A DNA stretch of 64,000 nucleotides, taken from a virus (Duplodnaviria > Caudoviricetes). The notes under the pieces were generated by a model, which saw only the letters and a list, made by a program, of their open reading frames with translations, did no database searches and was not told the DNA's origin. How positions within the stretch are numbered: position 1 is the first letter of the stretch; every line of letters starts with the position of its first letter. Position numbers and translations under genes: made by a program. The DNA lies in IMG/VR virus record IMGVR_UViG_3300030376_006484, positions 1 through 64,000 of that record, one strand, 5' to 3'. Positions 45,853 through 56,327 of the stretch are shown here, piece after piece.

Positions 45853-47494
45853 TATGGCTGATAAAAGACGATTTTCCTTCACAAATCTATTCCGAAGGAC
45901 TACTCCTAAACCCAATGATAGAAAGGTCTACAATGTAGGAATTCAAGAGAAAGAGCAATCCTACATGATGACAGGGCCATTGGTCTACAATGTCGTGGGG
46001 CAATCGGTAATTGTTAGAACATGTATTACTCAACTTAAGCAAGAAATTTTTCGCAGAGGCTATGTTTGGGAAAAGGCGTTTGAGTCTCGTTGTCTATCTT
46101 GTCAAAAAACACACAAGATGCCTGTACTTGAATGTGCTAGATGTGGTTCTACAGACTTAGAAAAACCTAATCCAAAGCAGTTAGAGTACGCTGAAAATTT
46201 CATAGAAGGGTATGTAAATAAGTCCGAGCAAAAATTCATTGATGTATTTAAAGAATTAGAAGATGATTTGAATATCATGGATGATGCGTATATTGTTCTT
46301 GTCAAAGAGTATTACTTGGATGGTAACGGCAAAATCCGTATGCACCGAATCAAGGAATTGTTTAGAGGCGACCCTGTAACTATGACTATCTATGCTGATG
46401 AAGTAGGCATTAGAGGAACAAAAGGTTTCACTTGTATTAACCATAGAAGCCATCTTGCCCATGAACCACATGAAAGTTGTGAAGAATGCGGTAGTCCTCT
46501 TTATCCTGTTCACTATGTAAATCGTGCTAATGGAGAACAGCAATATTTCTTACAAGGAGAAGTTTTGCACTTTAGCAAATACAGTCCTAGTAGAATGTAT
46601 GGGCAGTCTCCAATTCTAACTTTATTCAATAATATAATGACTCTTATCGCTATGGAAAACTATGTCAATTCTTCTTACACCAAGAGTAGAATGCCTAGAG
46701 GTTTGTTAGCAGTACAAACTAGAAATATGGATTCAATGGCCGCATTTTGGAGAGGTGTAAAAGAACGAATGGAACAAGACCCTCACTATATTCCTGTTAT
46801 GGGAATTGAAGCCGAGAATGGTAAGGGGTCTGTTGAATGGATTAAATTCATGGACAGTTTAAAAGAAATGGAATATGTCGCAGTGAAGGATGATTTGCGA
46901 GATAGAATTTCTGCATTCTTTGGAGTAAGTAAAGTATTCATGGCTGACAACACTACTAGCGGTGGACTTAACAATGAAGGTATGCAAATCTTAGTCACTA
47001 ACAGAGCAGTACAAATGGCTCAAAATGTTTACAATAATTATGTATTCCCGTTCTTAACTAAAGAGTTTGGAATTACAGATTGGGTTCTAAAATTACCCCC
47101 TAGTGAAGAAGAGGATGAAATAGCAGTACTTCGTAAAAGAGAGATTGAAGTTAATATTGCGGCTTCTACTAAGAATCTAGGATTTGAAGTAGATATGGAT
47201 GAAGACGGACAGTTTACTTTTAGTAAGCCGGAACCAAAAGAAACACCTAAGCAAGAAGGAGAAGAAGATTCTAGCGTTGATATTGACCCTTATGCGGGAA
47301 CAAATATTGATGCTTCGCAAATGGGACAGATGCAAGAACAGATGATGCAAGCCGGAAGTAAACCACAAGAGAACCCACCGGCCACAAGAAATAAAGCAAG
47401 GATGAGCGTAGGGCCGGATAAGCGCATGACAGGATTACCTAAAGAAGCGGGTAATCAAAATGTTGATTCAAGAAGTGAAAGGAGAATACCATAA
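45853..47494 (+). CDS. Portal protein with zinc-ribbon insertions
   Basis: DLNIMDDAY, EVLHF, YGQSP, MPRGLL, ISAFFGV portal pattern; between TerL and protease; start approximate. Confidence 0.85.
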
Positions 47495-47715
47495 TGACAG
47501 ATATAGCAAGAAAGGAAGCAAAGTTAGCAAGAGAGTTAGCAAAGGTTCGCTCACAAAGAGCCGCCGAAGATAGAGCAGTTAGAAAGAATAGAGATTTTTC
47601 TTTGGGTGGTTTGCCTCCCGATACTAGCCATACTCCCAAGAGGGGTTCAGCAGATACTCCCGATGCGGTTCAACTTCCCGTAAAAAGAAGAAACAGGACA
47701 GAAAATAAGTGGTGA
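47494..47715 (+). CDS. Hypothetical protein
   Basis: Coupled to the portal gene. Confidence 0.6.
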   Translation: MTDIARKEAKLARELAKVRSQRAAEDRAVRKNRDFSLGGLPPDTSHTPKRGSADTPDAVQLPVKRRNRTENKW

Positions 47716-47720
47716 TTTTA

Positions 47721-49355
47721 ATGTCTTTTATGGATGTTCTAAAGATTCAATTTCCTACCGAAGAGGCTAAGGAAGAAGACTTGAATGAAGTAAAAGAAGA
47801 GATGGAGGTACTAGAACCTCAAACATTATCGTCATTAAAAACTAATTCCGAATTGATGGGATATTATAAGACCATAAAGAATTCTTTATCGGAAATAGTA
47901 GGTGAACAAATAAAATATAATAAGGATGAAAAAGAGGCTAGGGAAACAACTAATAACGGCAGAAAAGAAAAGGGTAGAAAGCCTTTGGTAGTTAGGAATT
48001 CTGCTAAACTAGATTTACAAGACCCTCTAAATCCTAAAGAAAGAATGACTTTTGACATTCCACTAAAAGGAATCACTGAGGCAAAGATAGGAAAAATCGT
48101 TTTGGGAGAATTATTAGAATCTATCAAAGCAAAAGTTAAGCGTTACTCCGAAGGAACAATAATGCAACCTAAAGAAAAAGAAGTTGTGGCGGAAGAACCT
48201 AAAATTCCTAGAGTAAAGGAAATAAATGATTTCGTTAATTCGGGAGAAAACAGAGAAAATACTTCTTTTGATATTGAAAAACTAAGTGCGGTATTACTAG
48301 ATATAGAAAAAACAATACAAGAAAATACTCCCCCAACTCAAGATTTATCTATGCTTCTAGACTTAGGAAAACTACGCTCACCAATTGTTGTTGCAATAGA
48401 TTCTGCTAAATCTATTATTGATAAAGTACAAGGTAGAAATGCTGATACTATGAATAGGTTGAGAATACTACTGCAAGATATTAGAAAGTCGGATTTAGTA
48501 GCGGTTCCCTATAAAAGAAAATTAACCCCTCATATTAAGTCCCTTGAAGAATTAAAAAACCTAACTTTTACTATTAAGGGACATACAGTGCAACCTGCAA
48601 CCATAAACAAAGTAAAAGAACTACGGGATATGTTAGTACAACTGAATAAAAACAGAAACACAAATTACGATGTTGTGAAGGCAATGGGTAGAGGGGCTAC
48701 GGCAAAAAATAATTATAGTTTCTTAAAGAATGTTAGTAAAAACACCCAATCTATTTTCTATAATTATGTTAAAGCAGGAACAGATTTTTTAAGTCCTCTG
48801 CGACAAAAAAATAATAAGATAAGGTATTTTAAAGATGACGCTACTACCGATAACGAGAAAAAACGCTATGGTGAATTAGAAAAGGTAGGTAAGGAGATAC
48901 ATAGTTTGTTAAATTTGGAAGACAGTCCGGCAAGCCTAAATCAAAAATATTTAGATGATTTAGAATCTGCTAGGAAAGAAGGTAAAAGTAGTTTTACTAT
49001 TAATGATGGTGTAGAACCTTTAGAAGTGATAATAGACGGATTGGAACCAAAAGATGTTGAAGACTATATTTTGTTTATTGCTAAGGAAAATGGAAACGAT
49101 AGTCTCTTAGAAGAGTTGATGCAGACCTACCAATCTTTAACAGGTATAGTAATAGATGTTGCAGAAAACAAAAAGATGCGAAAAGAACTTGCTAAACTAA
49201 GAAAGGAAGTTTTAGCAAGTGTTACACAAAGCGAAGACCAACGCACTGATTTGAATAGACTTTTGGATGATGTAAGGGAATCGGGATTAGAGCCTATGGA
49301 AATTACCGATAGTCTTGCTAGCGAAAGGAAAAAACAAAAAGAAGAAGAGGAATAA
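47721..49355 (+). CDS. Large coiled-coil protein with leader-like MSFMDVLK
   Basis: GGTGA SD, ATG 47721. Confidence 0.7.
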   Translation: MSFMDVLKIQFPTEEAKEEDLNEVKEEMEVLEPQTLSSLKTNSELMGYYKTIKNSLSEIVGEQIKYNKDEKEARETTNNGRKEKGRKPLVVRNSAKLDLQDPLNPKERMTFDIPLKGITEAKIGKIVLGELLESIKAKVKRYSEGTIMQPKEKEVVAEEPKIPRVKEINDFVNSGENRENTSFDIEKLSAVLLDIEKTIQENTPPTQDLSMLLDLGKLRSPIVVAIDSAKSIIDKVQGRNADTMNRLRILLQDIRKSDLVAVPYKRKLTPHIKSLEELKNLTFTIKGHTVQPATINKVKELRDMLVQLNKNRNTNYDVVKAMGRGATAKNNYSFLKNVSKNTQSIFYNYVKAGTDFLSPLRQKNNKIRYFKDDATTDNEKKRYGELEKVGKEIHSLLNLEDSPASLNQKYLDDLESARKEGKSSFTINDGVEPLEVIIDGLEPKDVEDYILFIAKENGNDSLLEELMQTYQSLTGIVIDVAENKKMRKELAKLRKEVLASVTQSEDQRTDLNRLLDDVRESGLEPMEITDSLASERKKQKEEEE

Positions 49356-49357
49356 TT

Positions 49358-49705
49358 ATGTGGGAACATGTACTAAAAGAAACAATAGAAAAAGAAAACA
49401 GTCCGATTTTACAATCGTTAGACGATAAGAAAAGAAAAAGGTTGAAGAAGACTCTACAATCAACAGAACCTACGGAGTACTTCGGCCAAGATTTTACTCG
49501 CTTAGGTGAATTGATTGATATGCTCAAAGAATTAGAGTTAATCAAATCCGATGAAAAAATGACAAAGAAGTTTAAGTCCATAGATGAAAGGAACATTGAT
49601 ATGTTAGCCCTATCTAGCAAACTTCGTAAGGAGTATGAATTACTGTACCGACAACTTCGGGAAGTCATTTATCCAAGTAGAAAGGGGGATTTAAGAGATG
49701 AGTGA
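49358..49705 (+). CDS. WxxIxK-leader protein
   Basis: MWEHVLKE; internal LIKSD. Confidence 0.65.
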   Translation: MWEHVLKETIEKENSPILQSLDDKKRKRLKKTLQSTEPTEYFGQDFTRLGELIDMLKELELIKSDEKMTKKFKSIDERNIDMLALSSKLRKEYELLYRQLREVIYPSRKGDLRDE

Positions 49706-49922
49706 AACAGACGAAGAAGTTTTAGAAATCCTAAAGGCTCTAGTGGGTAGAATCAAGACTCTAGAACAAGCAGTCTACAACAAAGACAATATTCTAATGA
49801 AGTCGGGATTTGTTGTTGCTCAATCCCCTACTCCTTCAATTACTAACTCAACCATGCCGACAGATGATGTAATTCATAAAATGTCTTGGGATGATATAGA
49901 GAAATTTGTAGGTGGACGGTGA
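49698..49922 (+). CDS. Small scaffold-like protein with C-terminal MSWDDIEK
   Basis: C-terminus resembles the scaffold C-terminus MDWSDIHK. Confidence 0.65.
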   Translation: MSETDEEVLEILKALVGRIKTLEQAVYNKDNILMKSGFVVAQSPTPSITNSTMPTDDVIHKMSWDDIEKFVGGR

Positions 49923-50167
49923 AACTTATGCCCGAAAAAATGACTAAAGAAGAAGTTAAGGTTGCACAAGCAATTGAGCAAGTTAGAATTGTTAAAGAAT
50001 TAGTACAACAGGCTAGTGCTGAAAGAATTGCTTACGATGATGAATCGGAAGAAGTTAAAGTAAAGCGACCTAAAAAGACAGGCGAAAAAGACAAGACCAA
50101 GATTGAGAACAACAAAGGTACTCATTCGGGATATGGATTAGGCGGCGAGGAAACTCATTTTAAGTGA
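49919..50167 (+). CDS. Hypothetical protein
   Basis: Coupled ORF. Confidence 0.55.
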   Translation: MKLMPEKMTKEEVKVAQAIEQVRIVKELVQQASAERIAYDDESEEVKVKRPKKTGEKDKTKIENNKGTHSGYGLGGEETHFK

Positions 50168-50176
50168 GGCGAATAA

Positions 50177-52645
50177 ATGCCCTCTACAGGTTTAACTATC
50201 GGGAAAGTCAAAGCCCCCGTTTCCGACGAAATACTACATCTGTTTGAGAAGGTTAGAGTATCTTATCTATCTGCAAAGGAAGATAAGAAAGAATACGGTG
50301 GTCGTTGGAGAAACACACTAGAAGAAATAAGCGAAGCATTTGATTCAATTTCTCCTTTGGGTAAAGAAATTAATGTTTTCTTAGACGAAAGGCATTTAGA
50401 AGATAATGATTCTAAAGACCCCGAAAGCACTACTGCTAGAATTATTTACGAAGCCATTAAAGATATGCGTTTCAAATCGGAAGAAGTAGAAGACCCCTTC
50501 GCTGACCGATTCAAAGGTAATGTGTTAGAAGCATTACTATCCGATGTTGGTACAATGGTCAAATTTATTCATTATGCTATTCGTTCCGATGAGAAAGCCT
50601 TACCTGCTGATTTCTACAAATCTAAAGAATTACAAGAAGATGAAATTACTGATGGATTGGAAGGACTTGATTTAGTAGTTGATGATGTTCCTTTGTTTAT
50701 CATTGAGCATTATGGTGACGATAAGGATTCTAAGAAGGTGGAAGCACAATTCAAAAAAGCAAATAAGATACTAGAAGAAATGATGCTATCAAATTCTTCG
50801 GAAGAAGATTTAGAAGAATTAGTAGAGGTTGATTTAGAAAAGGCCGAGAAAACTGAAAAGGCATCTTCTCAATTTATTGTTCCTAACAAACCCATGTACC
50901 GAATCTTTGACATTGATGACATGAATGAATTGAAAGGGTTTAGTGGAGAATATGTTGTCCAAGAAAAATATGATGGTATGCGAATACAGATTCATAAAAT
51001 AGATGACAAAATCAAAATCTACTCCTATAATGAAAAGGACATTACAGACAAGTGTTCCGAACAGGTCAAGGAATTACAGAAAAAGGCATACGGTGATTGT
51101 ATCCTTGATGCTGAGTTAATTTTGTTTGATGGAGAGAAAGCCCTCCATAGGGCAGATACAATAGCCCATGTTTTCAAGAATAAGTACAAAGAGGCTAGAC
51201 TAAGAGCGCATGTTTTTGATATTATGAGACATGAGGCTCAAAACCTTACAGAAGAACCCCTAAGAGATAGAATCAACATACTGTTCAACAATTATTCTTC
51301 CAAGTCTTCTTCGGATTTGGTTTACCCTTCAAAGAAAGATACTCGCATTGCTGACTCTCTAAAAGATATAGCAGAATACGCAGAAGAGATTATGGAAATG
51401 CCTACTTCGGAAGGAGTAGTCATTAAAGATATTGAATCCACTTACTTTATTGGTACTAAGAAAAACCCCAAGTGGGTTAAGTGGAAGAAGTTTGTAGATT
51501 TAGATATGGTCGTTCTAGACAAGAAATCTACTAAGTCCGGTCTTTACTCTTACACTTTAGGAGCAGGGCCAGTTGATGATGAGGACGAAGGTAAGCACAT
51601 TGTTGAACAGAACGATAGAAAATACATGAATGTTGGTAAGGCACTTAATACTAAGATTAATGCAAAGGTCGGCCAAATTATTAGAGTCAAAGTAGATGAG
51701 GTAAGAGAGGATAATGGTAGGTTTACTCTTTACTCGGCTAAGGTTATTGAAATACCCGAAGTTGAATTACCCGACAAAATAGTAACTTTACAAATGCTTT
51801 CTCAAGATACTAAACCTAGTATTAAATACAAAACTATGGCTTTGAAAAAAGGAATAACAATCAGTGATGGAATTCACGGCACTGCAACTTTGATTGCTAA
51901 AAGCATGGATGGCTTTACTTTGTACGGATTTAAAGAAACTAATCTTATGGCTAAGAATGCAATTCATGATTTAGATATGTGGAAAAAGGAAGCAGAAGAA
52001 ACTATGAAAAGTCTACAATCGGAAATATATGTGGGAGTTATCAATCTAATAAAAAGAAAGGGGCCACAACCAATAACAGAGGTACATGACTTCTTGATTA
52101 GGAATTATGGTAGCCAATACGAAACAGTATTAGAAAGCGATAAGAAAGAACTACCCGATTGGTTGAACCGTAGGGAAGACATATCAATATCCAACGGTAA
52201 GGTTTCAATTGACGATTCTAAAATAATTAAAGAGAAGCCTTCTCAATTTAAAATTTATTTGAGAAAGGACGGCAACCTTAATTTTTCAGTACAGCATAAA
52301 GAAGAATTATTGATGTGGACTATTGATTTAGAAACTGATGATGATATATTCGCATTGTTTGGTAAAGCAGTAAAGTATCCTGCGGAAATATCCGAGCAAC
52401 AAGATACTCATAAATTAATAGACGAAGGAGATGTAGAGGTAGGTGTTCAAAGGCATGGATACCATGAGTACATTTTAGACGGTAATAAGTTTGAGACTAA
52501 ATTACATTTCCGAGTAGTAGATATTAAGGATAAGGAAAGTTGGGTTGCTTGGACAGGATATGAGCAAAAACCTGTAGATAAAGATACAGACGAAGGCGTT
52601 TGGAATATCTATGAAGATAAGTACAAAACTCTAAAATTAGAATAA
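50177..52645 (+). CDS. Second ATP-dependent DNA ligase, multidomain, in the head module
   Basis: QEKYDGMRIQIH, CILDAE, HVFD, EGVVIKD, WVKWK motifs; long acidic N-terminus and an extra C-terminal domain. Confidence 0.9.
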   Translation: MPSTGLTIGKVKAPVSDEILHLFEKVRVSYLSAKEDKKEYGGRWRNTLEEISEAFDSISPLGKEINVFLDERHLEDNDSKDPESTTARIIYEAIKDMRFKSEEVEDPFADRFKGNVLEALLSDVGTMVKFIHYAIRSDEKALPADFYKSKELQEDEITDGLEGLDLVVDDVPLFIIEHYGDDKDSKKVEAQFKKANKILEEMMLSNSSEEDLEELVEVDLEKAEKTEKASSQFIVPNKPMYRIFDIDDMNELKGFSGEYVVQEKYDGMRIQIHKIDDKIKIYSYNEKDITDKCSEQVKELQKKAYGDCILDAELILFDGEKALHRADTIAHVFKNKYKEARLRAHVFDIMRHEAQNLTEEPLRDRINILFNNYSSKSSSDLVYPSKKDTRIADSLKDIAEYAEEIMEMPTSEGVVIKDIESTYFIGTKKNPKWVKWKKFVDLDMVVLDKKSTKSGLYSYTLGAGPVDDEDEGKHIVEQNDRKYMNVGKALNTKINAKVGQIIRVKVDEVREDNGRFTLYSAKVIEIPEVELPDKIVTLQMLSQDTKPSIKYKTMALKKGITISDGIHGTATLIAKSMDGFTLYGFKETNLMAKNAIHDLDMWKKEAEETMKSLQSEIYVGVINLIKRKGPQPITEVHDFLIRNYGSQYETVLESDKKELPDWLNRREDISISNGKVSIDDSKIIKEKPSQFKIYLRKDGNLNFSVQHKEELLMWTIDLETDDDIFALFGKAVKYPAEISEQQDTHKLIDEGDVEVGVQRHGYHEYILDGNKFETKLHFRVVDIKDKESWVAWTGYEQKPVDKDTDEGVWNIYEDKYKTLKLE

Positions 52646-52685
52646 AAATCCGATAAGGCTATATAGTCAATTATAGAACGAAGGT

Positions 52686-53864
52686 TTGAGTAATATGTCG
52701 CCAATCATTAAGGCGCAACGATTTGATGACTTTCAAATAATCAAAAGCGACGAATTAATGATAGGTGGATATGCTTCTATTGAAATGGTAGATAAACAAA
52801 ATGATTTGATTACCTTAAAATCACTTAAAGAAGCAGTAAACAAATTTATGGAACAAAAAAACTTCCGAAATGTAATGACAAACCACTCAAATGTCCAAGT
52901 AGGAGAAGTAGTAGAAAATTACCGAGACTCAAATGGAAGACTATGGAAAACCGAAGTAGATGATGTAGGATTTTTTGTAGTAATTAAATTAAGGGACGAC
53001 ATAGAAAAAGCCAAAGAAATAGGCAGAGGAATTCGCAAGGGAACATTAAGGTCTTTTAGCATTGGAGGACAAGCATTACAGAAAGTAAAAAAGCGCAGTG
53101 AAGAGTTAGGCGAATTTAGTGAAATTAGCAAACTTGAATTGCACGAAGTAACAATCTGTGAAAAAGGAATAAATCCCGAAGCGAAATTTGACATACTCAA
53201 ACAAGAGGTGACTAACATGAATAAATTGGAAAAAGCATTGGCGGAATTGGATACACTTCTAGAAGAAGTGAACACTCTCCGTAAAGAAGAAGAAGAAGCC
53301 CCCGAAATGGAAAACATGGCGGGAGACGAAGAAGAAATGATGGGCGGAGAATATATGGATGATACCCGTAAGGCTCCTACTGCTACGCTTGACGGCGGCT
53401 CTGTAGAAACAGGTGAACCTGCTGAAAGAGTTGTTGTAAGCGGTGGAAAACCAACAGGTTCTTCACAAGCAGAAGAAGAAGGTATGGTTTCAAAAGCATT
53501 CGGTAACGGAGAATTTGATACTCTAAACCTTTCCCCCGAAAACATTGAAAAGGCTTATGCTCAGTTTAGAGCAGAGCAAATGGAAAAACTTGCATACGAT
53601 AATTTGCAAGACTCCTTCACTAAGAGATTTGCTAGTGAAGTTACTAACCGTGAAGAAATGGTTGCAAAGTCCGAGTACGATGCACAATCAGAAATCACTG
53701 CTCTCCGTGAGCAATTTAGTGACCTTCGTAAGTCTTTGACAGAAGGAACAGAAGAAATTCGCAAGGCCAACGAAGCCGCACAAGAAGTTAAGGTGCTTTC
53801 CCTAGAGGAAGTTGCTGACATGGATTGGAGCGACATTCACAAGATGGTTAGCGGAAATATTTGA
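52686..53864 (+). CDS. Prohead protease (HK97/U35 type) fused to scaffold
   Basis: GGYAS...DKQND, NH, SFSIGG, LHEVTIC...NPEA followed by an acidic coiled-coil region. Confidence 0.9.
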   Translation: MSNMSPIIKAQRFDDFQIIKSDELMIGGYASIEMVDKQNDLITLKSLKEAVNKFMEQKNFRNVMTNHSNVQVGEVVENYRDSNGRLWKTEVDDVGFFVVIKLRDDIEKAKEIGRGIRKGTLRSFSIGGQALQKVKKRSEELGEFSEISKLELHEVTICEKGINPEAKFDILKQEVTNMNKLEKALAELDTLLEEVNTLRKEEEEAPEMENMAGDEEEMMGGEYMDDTRKAPTATLDGGSVETGEPAERVVVSGGKPTGSSQAEEEGMVSKAFGNGEFDTLNLSPENIEKAYAQFRAEQMEKLAYDNLQDSFTKRFASEVTNREEMVAKSEYDAQSEITALREQFSDLRKSLTEGTEEIRKANEAAQEVKVLSLEEVADMDWSDIHKMVSGNI

Positions 53865-53875
53865 GGTGATTAAGC

Positions 53876-55207
53876 ATGACATATATTAACACAATTAGAG
53901 ATTTAGAGGCGGCAACATACGGAGTACCTGCATTTGGAGGAAATTCCCTCCTTAAGCAAGCAGGAGTCGTACAAGGATTACACACAGCACACGATATTGC
54001 GGGTACTGCGGCGGCAGGAACAACTTCCGTTACTTCTACCGGAATGTATAATGTACTATACGGACAGAAAGTTTGGTCAATGCTTAACAGAGAAGTTAAT
54101 GCTTTGGCTATGCTATCAAAGCGACCTTACACTTCAAGCGGTTGGAGAATTCTTAAGAGCCGACCCTTTGGTGGTAGTGCATCAGTTCTTGATTTGCGAA
54201 GTGACGGTAGTAGCGGTGGAATTGGTTCCGACCAACCTAATGCAGATGAAATCGGTGGTGTTCGTGAAAATGCGGCACTTTCTACTGCGGCTGACGGTCT
54301 AGGAAGCATGGCTCCTACCTACGCTCAACTCTTTATGAGTCCTAAGACGATTGCTCACCAATTTGATATATCGGAATTGGCTATGGAAATGGCTCAAATT
54401 GACGATGGTTTGGGAGATATTCGTGCTATTATCCGTGAAGACATGGGTAAGGCTCACGCAGAAGCACAAAACAAGATGCTCGTTATGCCTTTTGAATTCT
54501 ATGGAGAAGTGTCTGCTCTTGCTGATATTGAGAACAATTATACCTCGCTCCTTAAGATTGTCTCTAACCGAGATGAAATACTTGCTATGGATAATAGCGT
54601 TCTTTGTACTGATGTGGCTAGTGCTTCTAACAATCTAGGTAAAATCTACGGTGATGAGAGACACACTGCCGCTTCTTTCCTAGATGCAGAAGTAGACTTC
54701 AACAGCAGTTATGCGGCATCTTCGGTTCGCCCACTAACTTTGACTTTGCTTAACGCTATGATTAGAAACTTGCGTATTGCCGGTGGTTCACCAAAGGTTA
54801 TCCTAACAGGATACGATACCATCCAAGCAATTGCTGACTTGCTACAATCCCAAGAGCGATTCATGGACAGAAAGGAAATTGTTCCTACTGTTAATGGTGT
54901 TCGTGGAATTAAGGGAGCAGAAGTTGGATTCCGTGTTGCAACATACTACGACATTCCTCTCATCCCTGTTAAGGAAATGAGTGGAACCCGTAACGCTTCC
55001 GATAGTGGAATTAGTGACTTGTTGTTCCTTGATACTGACCATTTGTGGCTTTCTGTTATGAAGCCTACACAATACTTTGAAGATGGTATTTCCAATGGAA
55101 ACCCATTCGGTGTTGGTCGTCTAGGAAACCAAGCCCTTTACCGTACCATCGGTGAAACAGGTTGTTCCTTCTTCCGTGGACAAGGTAAAATCACGAATGT
55201 GGCTTGA
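53876..55207 (+). CDS. Major capsid protein (HK97 fold)
   Basis: Follows the protease; YGQKVWSMLN, PKTIAHQF, G.EVGF.VATY..IP pattern of halovirus/magrovirus MCPs. Confidence 0.88.
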   Translation: MTYINTIRDLEAATYGVPAFGGNSLLKQAGVVQGLHTAHDIAGTAAAGTTSVTSTGMYNVLYGQKVWSMLNREVNALAMLSKRPYTSSGWRILKSRPFGGSASVLDLRSDGSSGGIGSDQPNADEIGGVRENAALSTAADGLGSMAPTYAQLFMSPKTIAHQFDISELAMEMAQIDDGLGDIRAIIREDMGKAHAEAQNKMLVMPFEFYGEVSALADIENNYTSLLKIVSNRDEILAMDNSVLCTDVASASNNLGKIYGDERHTAASFLDAEVDFNSSYAASSVRPLTLTLLNAMIRNLRIAGGSPKVILTGYDTIQAIADLLQSQERFMDRKEIVPTVNGVRGIKGAEVGFRVATYYDIPLIPVKEMSGTRNASDSGISDLLFLDTDHLWLSVMKPTQYFEDGISNGNPFGVGRLGNQALYRTIGETGCSFFRGQGKITNVA

Positions 55208-55217
55208 GGTGTTTTAA

Positions 55218-55583
55218 TTGACAGAAGAAGTTTACACAGTTGCGCTTTTAGCCGACCATAAAGGGCAGACCCGCCCTAGTGTTATTGGTGATGAATACAT
55301 GGTAGATGCTATGATTGATGTTTCTACATACGATGCTTCCGGTGTTGTACTTAGTGCATCCGATTTTGGATTGGCTAAAATAACTGCAATCTGCAACACA
55401 GGAATAGCAAATGTTCTATTCTATCCAACCTTCGTCATGAGTGGTACTACAGGAGCCTATACTAGCGACAGTAGCGTTACAATGTTAATTGTGCAAAACC
55501 TACAGGCTACACCTGCCGAGGTTGCAGACGGAGGTACACACTCCGGTATGCAATTTAGAGTCCGAGTTTGGGGAAATATTTGA
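55218..55583 (+). CDS. Putative head decoration protein
   Basis: Beta-rich, directly after MCP, YDASGVVLSASDFGL. Confidence 0.5.
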   Translation: MTEEVYTVALLADHKGQTRPSVIGDEYMVDAMIDVSTYDASGVVLSASDFGLAKITAICNTGIANVLFYPTFVMSGTTGAYTSDSSVTMLIVQNLQATPAEVADGGTHSGMQFRVRVWGNI

Positions 55584-55592
55584 GGTGGTCTT

Positions 55593-55943
55593 TTGGCTAC
55601 TATCCAATTAAGTGAAACTTGTTGGGCAGATTCTCTAAAACTACAAGGAAGAGAAGGAAAATTTGAAGTGACAAAGGCTGAGTCTACAAAAGTCTCGGCC
55701 TTTGTTGCCTCTCATTATTACGGCGGTAGAAATGTCGTAGTGGTTTTTTCCGAATCGGATAGAGTAGAATTAGAATCTTTGCCGGAAAGAGAATCTACTA
55801 TGCTTAGTGTTGCATTAAGGTGCGAACCTAATGAAGTAGTAGGTATCTTGCTTCCTAAAAAGAAATCAAAGCCTAAGAAGGTCACTAAACCAAAGAAAAC
55901 CACGCCTAAGAAAGACAAAAAGGCACAAGAAGTTACTAAGTGA
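55593..55943 (+). CDS. Hypothetical protein with Lys/Pro-rich tail
   Basis: ORF track. Confidence 0.55.
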   Translation: MATIQLSETCWADSLKLQGREGKFEVTKAESTKVSAFVASHYYGGRNVVVVFSESDRVELESLPERESTMLSVALRCEPNEVVGILLPKKKSKPKKVTKPKKTTPKKDKKAQEVTK

Positions 55944-55994
55944 AGGCCAAAACCTTCATTAAGACATTGACTCTAGCAATAGATAAGTGATACT

Positions 55995-56318
55995 ATGCCC
56001 GACGCTTCAAGGTCAAGTGGTGTTCTCGCAGGAGACACAATAATTTGTAAAAACGCATGTAATTTGAAAAGTATTCATATTACTTGTACTGTAGGTGGCT
56101 CCGACGAATACATTCTAAAGATTTTTGATTCTAAGGATGCTACTCTAACAGGTAATACTGAATTAGCAAGATTTGTTTTTAAAGGCCATACAGGGGCCAT
56201 TAATGTAGAATATGACATGCATGGTGTTTTGGCTAGAGAAGGACTATTTGCACAATTGACTCAACCTATTCCACCAAATGCCGCATCTCAATGTGCTTTC
56301 TCAGTGGAGTTTAATTGA
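55995..56318 (+). CDS. Small beta-rich virion protein, putative
   Basis: LKSIHI...LKIFD...GVLAREGLF jelly-roll-like pattern. Confidence 0.55.
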   Translation: MPDASRSSGVLAGDTIICKNACNLKSIHITCTVGGSDEYILKIFDSKDATLTGNTELARFVFKGHTGAINVEYDMHGVLAREGLFAQLTQPIPPNAASQCAFSVEFN

Positions 56319-56327
56319 GGCGGTACA

